A DNA stretch of 64,000 nucleotides, from contig CAVXWP010000001.1 in assembly GCA_963765495.1 (NCBI GenBank), forward strand, positions 1,120,001-1,184,000. The letters are read 5' to 3'. The DNA comes from Blastocatellia bacterium. GTDB taxonomy: Bacteria; Acidobacteriota; Blastocatellia; UBA7656. This document shows, piece by piece, positions 38,247-47,170 of this stretch (positions within the stretch are counted from its first letter, which is position 1; each line of letters begins with the position of its first letter). The notes beneath the pieces are model-generated. The model had not been told where the DNA came from and searched no databases. It was given only the letters and a program-made list of their open reading frames with translations. The position numbers and the translations under genes are program-made.

Positions 38247-38273
38247 AGTGACGCCTCCGGGCAAAAAGTTTCA
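38247..38273 (-). promoter_or_regulatory. Putative ECF promoter TGAAAC-N16-TCACT
   Basis: Same motif and spacing as at 45908-45934 and 46090-46116. Confidence 0.6.
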
Positions 38274-38343
38274 GGTATTCATCTGCGGGCAATAAACGTC
38301 AATTCTTTTCGCAGCGTAATTTGAACGAAAGGGTTGCGCTAAC

Positions 38344-38442
38344 AGGCCACGGATGAACGCGGATCAGACGGATTTACGCGGATTAATCCCAATAGGGGCT
38401 GATCCGCGTAAATCCGCTAAAATCCGCGTTCATCCGTGGCCT
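38344..38442. repeat. Long hairpin built from 9-10-nt CGGAT units
   Basis: AGGCCACGGATGAACGCGGAT (38344-38364) is perfectly complementary to 38422-38442; inner pairing CGGATTTACGCGGAT / ATCCGCGTAAATCCG. Confidence 0.9.
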
Positions 38443-38489
38443 ATTTCAACTTTCCTGATCTAGATTTTTGAAAACCGATCAGAATTATT

Positions 38490-39287
38490 CTATGTTTTCT
38501 GGCGACCCAGATGCAGGCTGCCGTTTATGTCATAAATCGAAATGGGCGCGCCGCCCGACCCGATGCGCGCTCGCATGTTCGACCTGTCTACTTTGCCCTC
38601 AACGATCATAGTGAGAGGCAGATCGCTGTATATGCCTCCGCTTACTTCTCTCACATCGAGATCGGCATTTAACTCATCGGCAAATTTGATCTCGACCCGC
38701 CCGTTTATGTCGCTCAACTCCAATCCCTCTTTGCCGAGACTGGCGACAGTTACGGTAACGCTGCCGTTTATATCGTTGATCTTTGAATGATCCGAGGCCC
38801 GCGCTACTTCCACTTTGCCGTTGATGTCGTTCAGATGAACCGGCCCTTCGATTTCGCCGCAGATGGCGTGGCCGTTTATATCGTTGAGATTTAGCTCGAC
38901 CTGGCGCGGAATCTTCAGTGTGACGCGCTGGTGCACTCTGACATTGTGGTGGTTGTGATCCTCTACGCCGTGGACGGCGAGACTCGAATCAGTCTGCTCC
39001 ACAATCACCTTTCGGTATTCGAGATCGGATTTGCTTTCAGCCGAGCGGACGATATAGACCTCGGCTGTGGCAACGTTTGCGGTTTCGATCTCAACCGCGC
39101 CGTTTATGTTATAGACTTCGACGCGAGCGCCGGGCGAAAGCTGAAAAGTCTGTCGCATCTCGTCGCGCTCACGCAGGTCGTGGTCGTCATCATCATATCC
39201 TTGCGCGAAAGTGCTTGAAACCTGTGGCGCGGCTGCGAAGACCAGCGCCGCAAGCATGCTGATAACAGTCAGTCTGTATCTCATCAT
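38490..39287 (-). CDS. DUF4097-like beta-strand repeat protein (secreted)
   Basis: Signal peptide; repeated DING motifs; GAGGAGG RBS; paralogue of its neighbours. Confidence 0.82.
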   Translation of the reverse strand: MMRYRLTVISMLAALVFAAAPQVSSTFAQGYDDDDHDLRERDEMRQTFQLSPGARVEVYNINGAVEIETANVATAEVYIVRSAESKSDLEYRKVIVEQTDSSLAVHGVEDHNHHNVRVHQRVTLKIPRQVELNLNDINGHAICGEIEGPVHLNDINGKVEVARASDHSKINDINGSVTVTVASLGKEGLELSDINGRVEIKFADELNADLDVREVSGGIYSDLPLTMIVEGKVDRSNMRARIGSGGAPISIYDINGSLHLGRQKT

Positions 39288-39348
39288 TTTGCCTCCTCAC
39301 TCAGTTGACAATTGGTACACTGCGAAAGCGCCGCGTCTGTGCCTGTGC

Positions 39349-41817
39349 TCAGATGCCGCGCCTGAACAGATAAGACATCTTTATAAAAAACGTTCGGCCA
39401 TTTCTTTGAAATCCAGGTTCTCTGCGTGATGTGAACGGGCTGAACCCGTTGTAATTCAAATCATCGTTATAACCCGCGTAAAAAGAGGTGCCCGGATTTG
39501 GAGTCCACCCAAGCAGGTATTGCCCGCGTACGCTCGAAGCCAGCGTATCGTAATCGACCCGCGCTCTCGCGAATATGAAGCGCGTAAATTGATATGTGGC
39601 GCGCAGGGCAAATATGTTGTCGTCAAAAGCCAGTAACCCTGTGTCGTTGCGCCGCAGCCTGTCTTTCGTAAAGCTGAAGTCGGTGCGCAGCGCGTCCGTA
39701 GGCTGATAGACAAACTGGGATTCAAGATAAAATTCCTTGCCCGGACCCGGATCGAGCGGAGCATCGGGGTCGGCGAGCGCCGCCGGGCTTATGCGAGGGA
39801 AGCGAGACCCGCCGCCAAAGTCGAAGTCAAACGAATTCAGGATGTATGAGCCGAAGATGAATATAGAATATTTCTTACTCGGAGTCGTTCCGCCGTAAGC
39901 ATAAACATTCGTGTTGTTTGTGGATCGCTCCGAATCATTGCCAAAGAAAGCACCCGCGCGCGTCAGTGTGCGCGCCGGGCCGAACTCCTCTTCAAACAGC
40001 CGTTCGTATCCCTTTTGAAAGCCTCCGGCCAGAAACGATTGCTTGGGAAGATTGACGCGGAACTGAGATTCATTGACCCACGATTGTATGCGCCCGTCCC
40101 AGTCGAAATTGGTCGCGATGACGCTGAATGCGCGCCACTGTATGATCTTGCCTTTTGGATTCGGTTCGGATGCGTAGTAAGCGAAAAAACCTTCGCGGTT
40201 TGTGTTTGTGCGGCGCGTAAAGCCTACGTCTGCGCGGTAATCGCGTGAGCGCCCTTCGCCGTCGAAGTTATAACCGAAATGCCTTCCATCCTTTTCATAT
40301 CTGATGGAGTAGGCGAAACCGTTTCCCGTGCGATAACGGTTATCATCCAGTTGAGGGTCGTAAAAGTCGCGGCGCGATGTCGTGCCGAGCGCCTGAAAAC
40401 TAAAAGTGGTCTGCTTATCCAGCTTGAAACGTCCGTCGAAACCGGCAAGCTGGTTGTGTCTCTCAATAAAATTGTAGCTCGTAGCGATCAGGCCGAGACT
40501 GTTCTCTTTGCCGATGTCGCGCTTTAGTCTGAGCACGCCGATATAAGCGTTTTTATCCAGAAATCGCTCGATATCCGGGAGCAGATCGGGGTCGGTTCTT
40601 TCCTCGTCGCTGAAGTTTCCGGGCGCGTTGTCGGAAGCCATCATCAGTCCAAATGTAGTGCGGCCCTGTTTGCCCGTTAGCTTCACAGCCAGATCGGGGT
40701 CAACGATTGTGCGCGTGTGGACGGCCTGGAGGCTTGTTTGAAAAATATCTATGCCTTCGAGGAAGAACGGGCGCTTTTCAGCAAAGAAGATGGGGAAACG
40801 CTGATTGGTTGTGATGACGGTCTGGTCTGCTTCCACCTGAGCGAAATCCGGGTTGGCGGCAAAATCGAGAGTGACGGTAGGCGTGATGCCGAACTTAACC
40901 GTCAGCCCGGGATCGAATTCCGGCGGACGGTTGAGGAAACGACCGGGATCGTTGAGAGCAGGGTTATTATCCAGGATTGCCGCCCCAATCGTGCGGATGC
41001 GCTTGCCGGATTCTGAAATCGTCAGCGAAGGTATGATTTCAAGCGTGCGCTCTGTCGAGATGCCTATGAGTCCGCCGAGATGACCTGTTTGATTTAGGGT
41101 GCCTGATATATCACGCGACATCGGCATCCAGGAATCGAGTTCGTTATTGAACCGCTTGATTCTGCGAAAGAAGTGCGCGCCCCATACCTTGTCTTTTCCT
41201 GCCTCGTACCGCAGCGACTTGAAGGGGATGGCTATCTCTACCGTATAGCCGTCTTCATCGACCGTGCCCTTGGAATCCATCACGATGTCGAGGCTGTAAT
41301 CTTCGCCCTGGCCTTCGGTCATAGTACCATCCGCCTGTATGCCGAGCGGGCTAAAGAACAGGGCATAGGCTTTTCGTTTGTCGTTAAAGGTGTCGAGGAA
41401 CATCCCCACGTAATCGTCCGAAAAAATATTATCGCGTTTTGGAACGGTTGCGCGCACCTTGCCCGATTCGTCGTGCGCGCGAAAAGCTATGTAAAGAATC
41501 TTGGAATCGTACCCGATCAGGACTTCGGTCTGTTTGGAAGGTTCTATATTGTCGCCGGGGTTCACCTGAAAAAAATCTTTCAATACGGTAGCCGATTTCC
41601 ATGCCTCGTCATCGAGACGGCCATCAATGACGGGGGATTTTTCGAAACGGGCTATACTGACAGGCACAGCCTTCTCAGGCGGAATGGAAAAGGATTTAGC
41701 GACAGGTTTTACTGTCTTTGTCTCTGCGGCATTCGTCGCGGTGAGGGGCTGTGGTGTTTGGGCATAGATAGACGCCGGAGTCAGACACAAAATTAGTATC
41801 ACAAAAAAGGATTTCAT
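39349..41817 (-). CDS. CBM9-like / DUF5916 domain protein (probable outer-membrane beta-barrel)
   Basis: PVIDGRLDDEAW, EIAIPFKSLRY, NPDFAQVEAD, FFAEKRPFFLEG; C-terminal FFIKMSYLF. Confidence 0.85.
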   Translation of the reverse strand: MKSFFVILILCLTPASIYAQTPQPLTATNAAETKTVKPVAKSFSIPPEKAVPVSIARFEKSPVIDGRLDDEAWKSATVLKDFFQVNPGDNIEPSKQTEVLIGYDSKILYIAFRAHDESGKVRATVPKRDNIFSDDYVGMFLDTFNDKRKAYALFFSPLGIQADGTMTEGQGEDYSLDIVMDSKGTVDEDGYTVEIAIPFKSLRYEAGKDKVWGAHFFRRIKRFNNELDSWMPMSRDISGTLNQTGHLGGLIGISTERTLEIIPSLTISESGKRIRTIGAAILDNNPALNDPGRFLNRPPEFDPGLTVKFGITPTVTLDFAANPDFAQVEADQTVITTNQRFPIFFAEKRPFFLEGIDIFQTSLQAVHTRTIVDPDLAVKLTGKQGRTTFGLMMASDNAPGNFSDEERTDPDLLPDIERFLDKNAYIGVLRLKRDIGKENSLGLIATSYNFIERHNQLAGFDGRFKLDKQTTFSFQALGTTSRRDFYDPQLDDNRYRTGNGFAYSIRYEKDGRHFGYNFDGEGRSRDYRADVGFTRRTNTNREGFFAYYASEPNPKGKIIQWRAFSVIATNFDWDGRIQSWVNESQFRVNLPKQSFLAGGFQKGYERLFEEEFGPARTLTRAGAFFGNDSERSTNNTNVYAYGGTTPSKKYSIFIFGSYILNSFDFDFGGGSRFPRISPAALADPDAPLDPGPGKEFYLESQFVYQPTDALRTDFSFTKDRLRRNDTGLLAFDDNIFALRATYQFTRFIFARARVDYDTLASSVRGQYLLGWTPNPGTSFYAGYNDDLNYNGFSPFTSRREPGFQRNGRTFFIKMSYLFRRGI

Positions 41818-41904
41818 TTACTCAATCTCCCTGGATCGACCATATCAATTTTTGGGGCTGTGTTTTAACCCTCGAATTGCGCGAGCCTGATTTGACTCTT
41901 TCCT

Positions 41905-41933
41905 TAGACGAACCGCGCCGCTAATTTGTTCCA
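41905..41933 (-). promoter_or_regulatory. Putative ECF promoter TGGAAC-N17-CGTCTA upstream of the DUF5916 gene
   Basis: Classic GGAAC/CGTCTA ECF-type elements. Confidence 0.6.
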
Positions 41934-42127
41934 TTCAGAAGTAGAGAAATTGTTTTCTTCAACAGAAGTAATACGCACGATGTTGCCCAAAGTGTGCAAT
42001 CAAGCATTGAATTTGGCGCATAACTAAACTGAAGACACAATGATCCTGTAGTTAATCAAACTTGACCGAGTGAGCGGTTTCTCTCAAGTCACACATAAAG
42101 ACGCGAGAGAAAGGGAAGCGTTAACAG

Positions 42128-42236
42128 AAGGGATGAGGGATGAAAAAGAGTCTAAGAACAGAATCCGATAAATTGACTTGGCCAAATATCGGGATGTGTC
42201 CTTAGAGTCCGTTTCATCCTTCATCCTTCATCCTTT
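42128..42236. repeat. Heptamer-armed hairpin, GGGATGA/TCATCC(C/T) family, copy 2
   Basis: (GGGATGA)2 left arm, (TCATCCT)3 right arm; inner GGACTCT(T/A)AG shared with copy 1 in opposite orientation. Confidence 0.85.
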
Positions 42237-42237
42237 C

Positions 42238-43035
42238 CTACATTGCTGCTCGCGTGAGCCGGACACCGCCGTTTACTCCGCTGATCGAAATGGGGATGCC
42301 GCCTGCGCCTATGCGAGCGCGAAAGTTGTTGCGGTCCATCTTGCCCTGCAATGTCACATTCGGCACATCGGCATTCACGCTACCGTTGATTCCTGTCACA
42401 TCAAGGTCGGCATCCAGATTGTCTGCGAATCGCAACTCTACCCGACCGTTGACGCCGCTTACCTGTATGCCGCGCTCACCGAGGCGAGCTATTGTCACCG
42501 TCACTGCGCCGTTTATGCCGGATAGATCGGAATAGCCCACGGCCTGTGCCACTTCCACGCGGCCGTTTACGCCGCTTATGCGCACGGGGCCATCTACTTC
42601 GCCTACGTTGACGCGACCGTTTACGCCGCTGGTTGTAAGGTCAATCTGGCGAGGCAGACGGAGTTTTACACGTTGACGCACTTCTGGTCTGTTCCCCGAA
42701 TGATCACGCTCTTTTTCGCCGCGAATCGTCAGGCTGTTGGCGGTGTGTTCGATGATTATCTTGCGGTAGTTCAGGTCTTCGCGGGTTTTGGCCGACCGGA
42801 CTATGTATACTTCGGCTGTGCCGGTGTTTGAAGTTTCAATATCAACTGTCCCGTTTATGCCCGACACTTCAACGCGGGCGTTAGGCGCAAGTTCATAGCT
42901 CTGGCGAATCTCGTCGCGTTCCGCGAAATCGCGGTCGTCGCCTTGAGAGCTTCCCGGCAAATTGCTTGCGGCGAAAGCCGACATCGTCAATGCTGCTATC
43001 ATCATTATGGATAAGGCTATTAATCTGTTTTTCAT
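42238..43035 (-). CDS. DUF4097-like beta-strand repeat protein (secreted)
   Basis: Signal peptide; repeated SG(I/V)NG motifs; ATG at 43035 with AGGAG RBS. Confidence 0.82.
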   Translation of the reverse strand: MKNRLIALSIMMIAALTMSAFAASNLPGSSQGDDRDFAERDEIRQSYELAPNARVEVSGINGTVDIETSNTGTAEVYIVRSAKTREDLNYRKIIIEHTANSLTIRGEKERDHSGNRPEVRQRVKLRLPRQIDLTTSGVNGRVNVGEVDGPVRISGVNGRVEVAQAVGYSDLSGINGAVTVTIARLGERGIQVSGVNGRVELRFADNLDADLDVTGINGSVNADVPNVTLQGKMDRNNFRARIGAGGIPISISGVNGGVRLTRAAM

Positions 43036-43057
43036 CTCTTCTCTCCTTAATTTATAT

Positions 43058-43146
43058 GTGATTCGTGACGCGTGATTTGTGACCATTAAACAATTCGCTT
43101 ATACAAGATCGGTTGTTTGAAAATTACGCATCACGAATCACGCGTC
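43058..43146. repeat. Heptamer-armed hairpin element, GTGA/TCAC family, copy 6
   Basis: GTGATTC-GTGACGC-GTGATTT-GTGA left arm; TTACGCA-TCACGAA-TCACGCG right arm. Confidence 0.85.
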
Positions 43147-43159
43147 GCTTCCGCGTCAG

Positions 43160-44296
43160 TCACTTACAATCCGCCAGCATATTGGCACCGCCTTTGACTA
43201 TCCTAACCGAGCCGCTGAATGAATCAAGCGACAGCCTTGTGCCTCCATCGCCAAACACGCCCGTGATGCGCCGATTGATGGGGCCGCCATCCAGAGGCGA
43301 ATTAACTTTGAGCGGAAATGCCGTTTCAAGCTCGCCGCTGTAAGTAAGCATAGTGGCCGTAAAGCCGGGCGGGCTGTCCTGTATGTACATCTCTACCTCG
43401 CCGGAGATGGATTTCAAGTTGTAACGTCCGTTTTCGCGCAGGATTCCGCGAAAGGTCACTTCGCCGCTCGTCGTGACGGCGTCAGTGTCGCCGCCTATGC
43501 CTACGAGCATGATCGAGCCGCTTGCGCTTCTGATCTCCGCTCGCCCTTTGGCGCAATGTACTTCGACCTCACCGGTCGCCGTGGTTGCGCGAACGTCGCT
43601 ATTGGCGTTTCTTACAGTGATGTCGCCGTTTGTCGCGGCGACATCTACAAGACCGCCGATGTTCTCCGCGTTCACATCCCCGTTCAGAGTCCTCGAAGTA
43701 AAGTCGCCTTTAACATCCCTGATCACAATGTCGCCGCTGCGGCGGCTCACTTTCAAGGCTCCGACCTTTGTCACCTTTACATCGCCGCTGCCGCTATTTA
43801 TCGCCACGTCTCCATCGATCCCCGTCACCTCAACATCGCCGCGTGCGCTCTCAAGAAGTTCCACGGAGGCATACATCGGCAGCTTCACATCGAGTCGGAT
43901 TTCGCGACCGGCGCTCCGCCTTGCCATATCAGGGATGGATAGATAAATCCTTGAGCGGGACTCTTCGCCCGATACCTGTATAGGCACGGAGCCGGACTCT
44001 TCGCCCGTGGCCGTGGCCTCAATCGTGTCCTGGTCCCAGCCGGTTATAGAGATGTTTCCGACGCGGTTGCTCACAATCACCCTGCCGCCACGATCAAGCT
44101 TTGCCTTGACCTCGCCCGTTTGAATGGTCGTATCGGGATCGGCGGGCCTGGCTACGGGAGCGGGCCGTGGGCTTTGCGCGTGTGCGGGCGGGCTCGCGGG
44201 GGTCGGCTTTGTCTTCACAACCACTTGAGCTATTACGGCGGGACAAATGATTATGAGGGCCGCTATCACTGAAATTTTCAGAAGTATCTTATTCAT
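43160..44296 (-). CDS. DUF4097-like beta-strand repeat protein (longer paralogue)
   Basis: Signal peptide, Pro linker, many (S/T)xxG(D/E)(V/I) repeats; GDGGTRLSLDSFSGSV. Confidence 0.82.
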   Translation of the reverse strand: MNKILLKISVIAALIIICPAVIAQVVVKTKPTPASPPAHAQSPRPAPVARPADPDTTIQTGEVKAKLDRGGRVIVSNRVGNISITGWDQDTIEATATGEESGSVPIQVSGEESRSRIYLSIPDMARRSAGREIRLDVKLPMYASVELLESARGDVEVTGIDGDVAINSGSGDVKVTKVGALKVSRRSGDIVIRDVKGDFTSRTLNGDVNAENIGGLVDVAATNGDITVRNANSDVRATTATGEVEVHCAKGRAEIRSASGSIMLVGIGGDTDAVTTSGEVTFRGILRENGRYNLKSISGEVEMYIQDSPPGFTATMLTYSGELETAFPLKVNSPLDGGPINRRITGVFGDGGTRLSLDSFSGSVRIVKGGANMLADCK

Positions 44297-44371
44297 GATT
44301 TCGTCACAGGTGTCTGTCTCTCTACCTTAAAAATTTAGCTTCGGAGCGCGAAATAAAAACTATGATATGTG

Positions 44372-45268
44372 CTACTGTTCCCGGGCCATTTCTCTGAGAA
44401 CGTCTACCTTCTTCGCATAGGCAGAAAGCATGTATTGCAGGGCCACGGGGTCGTTGGGGTGCTGTCGCACGGTTGTCCGCGTCTCGGCAATTGTATAATC
44501 AATATCAGCAAGCGCGGTGTCGAAACGGGCCAGCACCTTCGGGTCAATCTGCGACCGGCGCGAGTTCACATCACGCGAGAGGATATTGATGGCCGCCACG
44601 TATTTCTGCTCGGCTTCGCGTATCAGCTCTTCCGGCGTCGGCTCCTTAACGACCGGGCGAGGCTTCCTTGGCCGAGGCGTGTTGCTCGCCACCTGTCTCT
44701 CTTCCGGCGCATTGGGTTTTACTATCTCTTCTTTTGGATTCTTTGTAGCCACCCGCTCCCCGAGGTCTGACTGAGTTTCGTCTTTTACACCGGGCTGAGT
44801 CGATTCATTCGCATTTAGATTCCCGGCTAATTTCTCTCTTTCATTATCGCTCGCATTGTTGTTTGCGATCTCCTGATTGCCTGCGCCCGGGCCGGTCGAA
44901 TGCAGATAGCTCATCAAGGCTACGGTTACACCCACGGTGATGATCACAAGCGCAACGGCAAGCGCGGGGCTGAATCTCGGCGTGGAAGCCAGATTCATAA
45001 ACCACTGGCGCAGCCTGCTTGTGAAGGCAGGCGGACGGGCAACCTGTTCGGTCGTAATGCGATCCTCGATGGTGGCCCACAGCGCGGGCGAGATCTCGAT
45101 ATCGCGCTCGTAGTGCGTATAGATTTCCTGCTCTCTGCGGACCTCTTCGCTAAAGGCCAAGCAATTCTCGCAAGCAGCAAGGTGTATTCGAACGCGCTCG
45201 GCGCTCGCACGGTCAAGCTCGCCGTCTATGTACTCTTCTATGATTTCCTGATAATCATCACACTTCAT
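44372..45268 (-). CDS. Zinc-finger (zf-HC2) transmembrane anti-sigma factor
   Basis: MKC..EYIDGEL..HLAACENC (HxxxCxxC); one TM; overlaps the 3' end of the sigma gene. Confidence 0.9.
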   Translation of the reverse strand: MKCDDYQEIIEEYIDGELDRASAERVRIHLAACENCLAFSEEVRREQEIYTHYERDIEISPALWATIEDRITTEQVARPPAFTSRLRQWFMNLASTPRFSPALAVALVIITVGVTVALMSYLHSTGPGAGNQEIANNNASDNEREKLAGNLNANESTQPGVKDETQSDLGERVATKNPKEEIVKPNAPEERQVASNTPRPRKPRPVVKEPTPEELIREAEQKYVAAINILSRDVNSRRSQIDPKVLARFDTALADIDYTIAETRTTVRQHPNDPVALQYMLSAYAKKVDVLREMAREQ

Positions 45269-45890
45269 AGCCTACTCCAAGATAAGGGCGAATCCGGCGG
45301 CGCATCTCCGCTCTCGCCCTGTGCAGATCGGTCTTGAGTTTTGGGATCGAGAAGCCGGTTATTTCGGCTATCTCTTCATAACTGCGCTGCTGGAAAATCT
45401 TCAGCGTAAAGACCATCCGCTTATCTTCGTCCAGCGCCTTAAGCGCTTCCTGAATGACGCCGTTCAACTCTTTATTCAACAACTGACTGTCGGGCGGCAA
45501 TCCGGCGTCGCTCAATTCCATCACGCGGTCGTCTTCAATCTCTACATTATTATCGTTTCTAAAGCGATAACGAAGCGATTCCCGCGCAACATTCTTGGCT
45601 ATGCCAAACAACCAGGTCGAAAGCTTTGTGTCATCACGCAAGGCGTTCATATTCTTGTACGCGCGCACAAAAGTCTCTTGCGTCAATTCCTCGGCCAGCT
45701 CGCGCTGACCCACCATATCATAGATGAAGCTGATGATGGGACGGACGTAACGGTCAAAGATGAGCCGAAAAGCTTCATCATCGCCGGAGCGGGCACGCGC
45801 TATCCACTGTTCAGAACTATTCATTAAAGTCCCGGCGCGTCCGCTCGGCTGGCCCACCAGAGTTGTTGCCTCCATCATTTGCTGCTTCAT
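45258..45890 (-). CDS. ECF RNA polymerase sigma factor
   Basis: GDDEAF, AEELTQETF, TWLFGIAKN, SYEEIAEITG..KTDLHRAR. Confidence 0.95.
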   Translation of the reverse strand: MKQQMMEATTLVGQPSGRAGTLMNSSEQWIARARSGDDEAFRLIFDRYVRPIISFIYDMVGQRELAEELTQETFVRAYKNMNALRDDTKLSTWLFGIAKNVARESLRYRFRNDNNVEIEDDRVMELSDAGLPPDSQLLNKELNGVIQEALKALDEDKRMVFTLKIFQQRSYEEIAEITGFSIPKLKTDLHRARAEMRRRIRPYLGVGYEV

Positions 45891-45907
45891 CCCCTGTTCA
45901 ACCAGTA

Positions 45908-45934
45908 AGTGGCGGACGCGCGTAAAAGGTTGCA
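45908..45934 (-). promoter_or_regulatory. Putative autoregulatory ECF promoter TGCAAC-N16-CCACT
   Basis: Immediately upstream of the ECF sigma gene; motif shared with two other sites. Confidence 0.6.
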
Positions 45935-46089
45935 GACGAGGCTAATCCTTCGCAAAAAAACTTTCTTCAAGGCTCAATAAAGGGATGAGCGATTTACATA
46001 CGAGCATCTTTACTGTGACGTTTCAGCCATCTTCCCCGACATATTTCTGGCATTACTAATGATAAAACAACTAAAAAAATCTCTTGAGG

Positions 46090-46116
46090 TGAAACTTTTT
46101 CAGATAATTTTGCACT
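46090..46116 (+). promoter_or_regulatory. Putative ECF promoter TGAAAC-N16-GCACT for the divergent ABC operon
   Basis: Same motif, with a TTTTT tract after the -35. Confidence 0.55.
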
Positions 46117-46333
46117 CACCTTCGTTTATGGGGATAGCGCCCGCATATTTGGTGCACCCGCAAAGCATAGACGAGGCGTAATTGCTTCAAAGGACTTTGG
46201 GCAGGCTATTTCGATTCGAATGCCAGGATGTTCAACGCAAAGCGGCGAGCTTTTTTCGACCCGAACTAGCCCGGCCCAAAGGTTTAATGAATTTACAAGC
46301 AGGCATCGAAAGAGTTTCGGAGGGACATAAAAT

Positions 46334-47035
46334 ATGAGCACATCCGACCAGGCTTTGTTGAAACTTGAAGCCGTTACAAAGGTTTTCTACACCGACGAAG
46401 TTGAAACACACGCGCTCGCAGGGATACATCTTGAGATAAATCAGGGAGAATACATCTCCATCTCCGGCCCGTCAGGTTGCGGCAAATCCACCTTGCTTTC
46501 CATACTTGGATTGCTCGATTCGCCGACGGACGGCAATTACTGGCTTGGCGGCAAACCCGTAGCCGATCTGCCGCTTGCCGAGCGCGCCCGCATTCGCAAT
46601 CGAGAGGTTGGTTTCATATTCCAGAGTTTCAATCTAATAGGCGATCTTTCGGTTTACGAGAATGTGGAATTGCCGCTCACCTATCGCGGCATGCGAGCAA
46701 GCGAGCGCAAGGAAAAAGTGCGCGCGGCGCTCGAACGAGTAGGCATGTCGCACAGGGCAAAACATCTGCCTGCCCAGTTGTCGGGCGGTCAGCAGCAGCG
46801 CGTAGCCGTTGCGCGCGCCGTGGCGGGCGACCCTCTGATACTGCTTGCCGACGAGCCTACCGGCAACCTCGACTCTACAAACGGCGAAGCGGTCATAGAT
46901 CTGTTGAAAGAGCTTCACGAAACGGGCGCAACCATCTGCATGGTCACACACGATCCTCGCTATGCCCGGCACGCCGACCGCACCGTTCACCTGTTTGACG
47001 GACGTGTGCTTGAAGAAAAGACTATGGCTGCCTGA
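46334..47035 (+). CDS. ABC transporter ATP-binding protein (MacB/LolD-like)
   Basis: GPSGCGKST, FQSFNL, LSGGQQQRV, LADEPTGNLD, VTHD. Confidence 0.96.
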   Translation: MSTSDQALLKLEAVTKVFYTDEVETHALAGIHLEINQGEYISISGPSGCGKSTLLSILGLLDSPTDGNYWLGGKPVADLPLAERARIRNREVGFIFQSFNLIGDLSVYENVELPLTYRGMRASERKEKVRAALERVGMSHRAKHLPAQLSGGQQQRVAVARAVAGDPLILLADEPTGNLDSTNGEAVIDLLKELHETGATICMVTHDPRYARHADRTVHLFDGRVLEEKTMAA

Positions 47036-47140
47036 TGCGCGATGCGTGATACGTGATTCGTGACCATTGAGGAAATGACTTTTACTTCTTAATTGCAAAT
47101 CTCACGAATCACGTATCACACATCACGTATCACACATCAC
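47033..47140. repeat. Heptamer-armed hairpin element, GTGA/TCAC family, copy 7
   Basis: Starts at the ATPase TGA; GTGATAC-GTGATTC-GTGA mirrored by TCAC-GAATCAC-GTATCAC. Confidence 0.9.
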
Positions 47141-47170
47141 TTTCCTGCCGACGCGTGGAGGCAATCCCTG

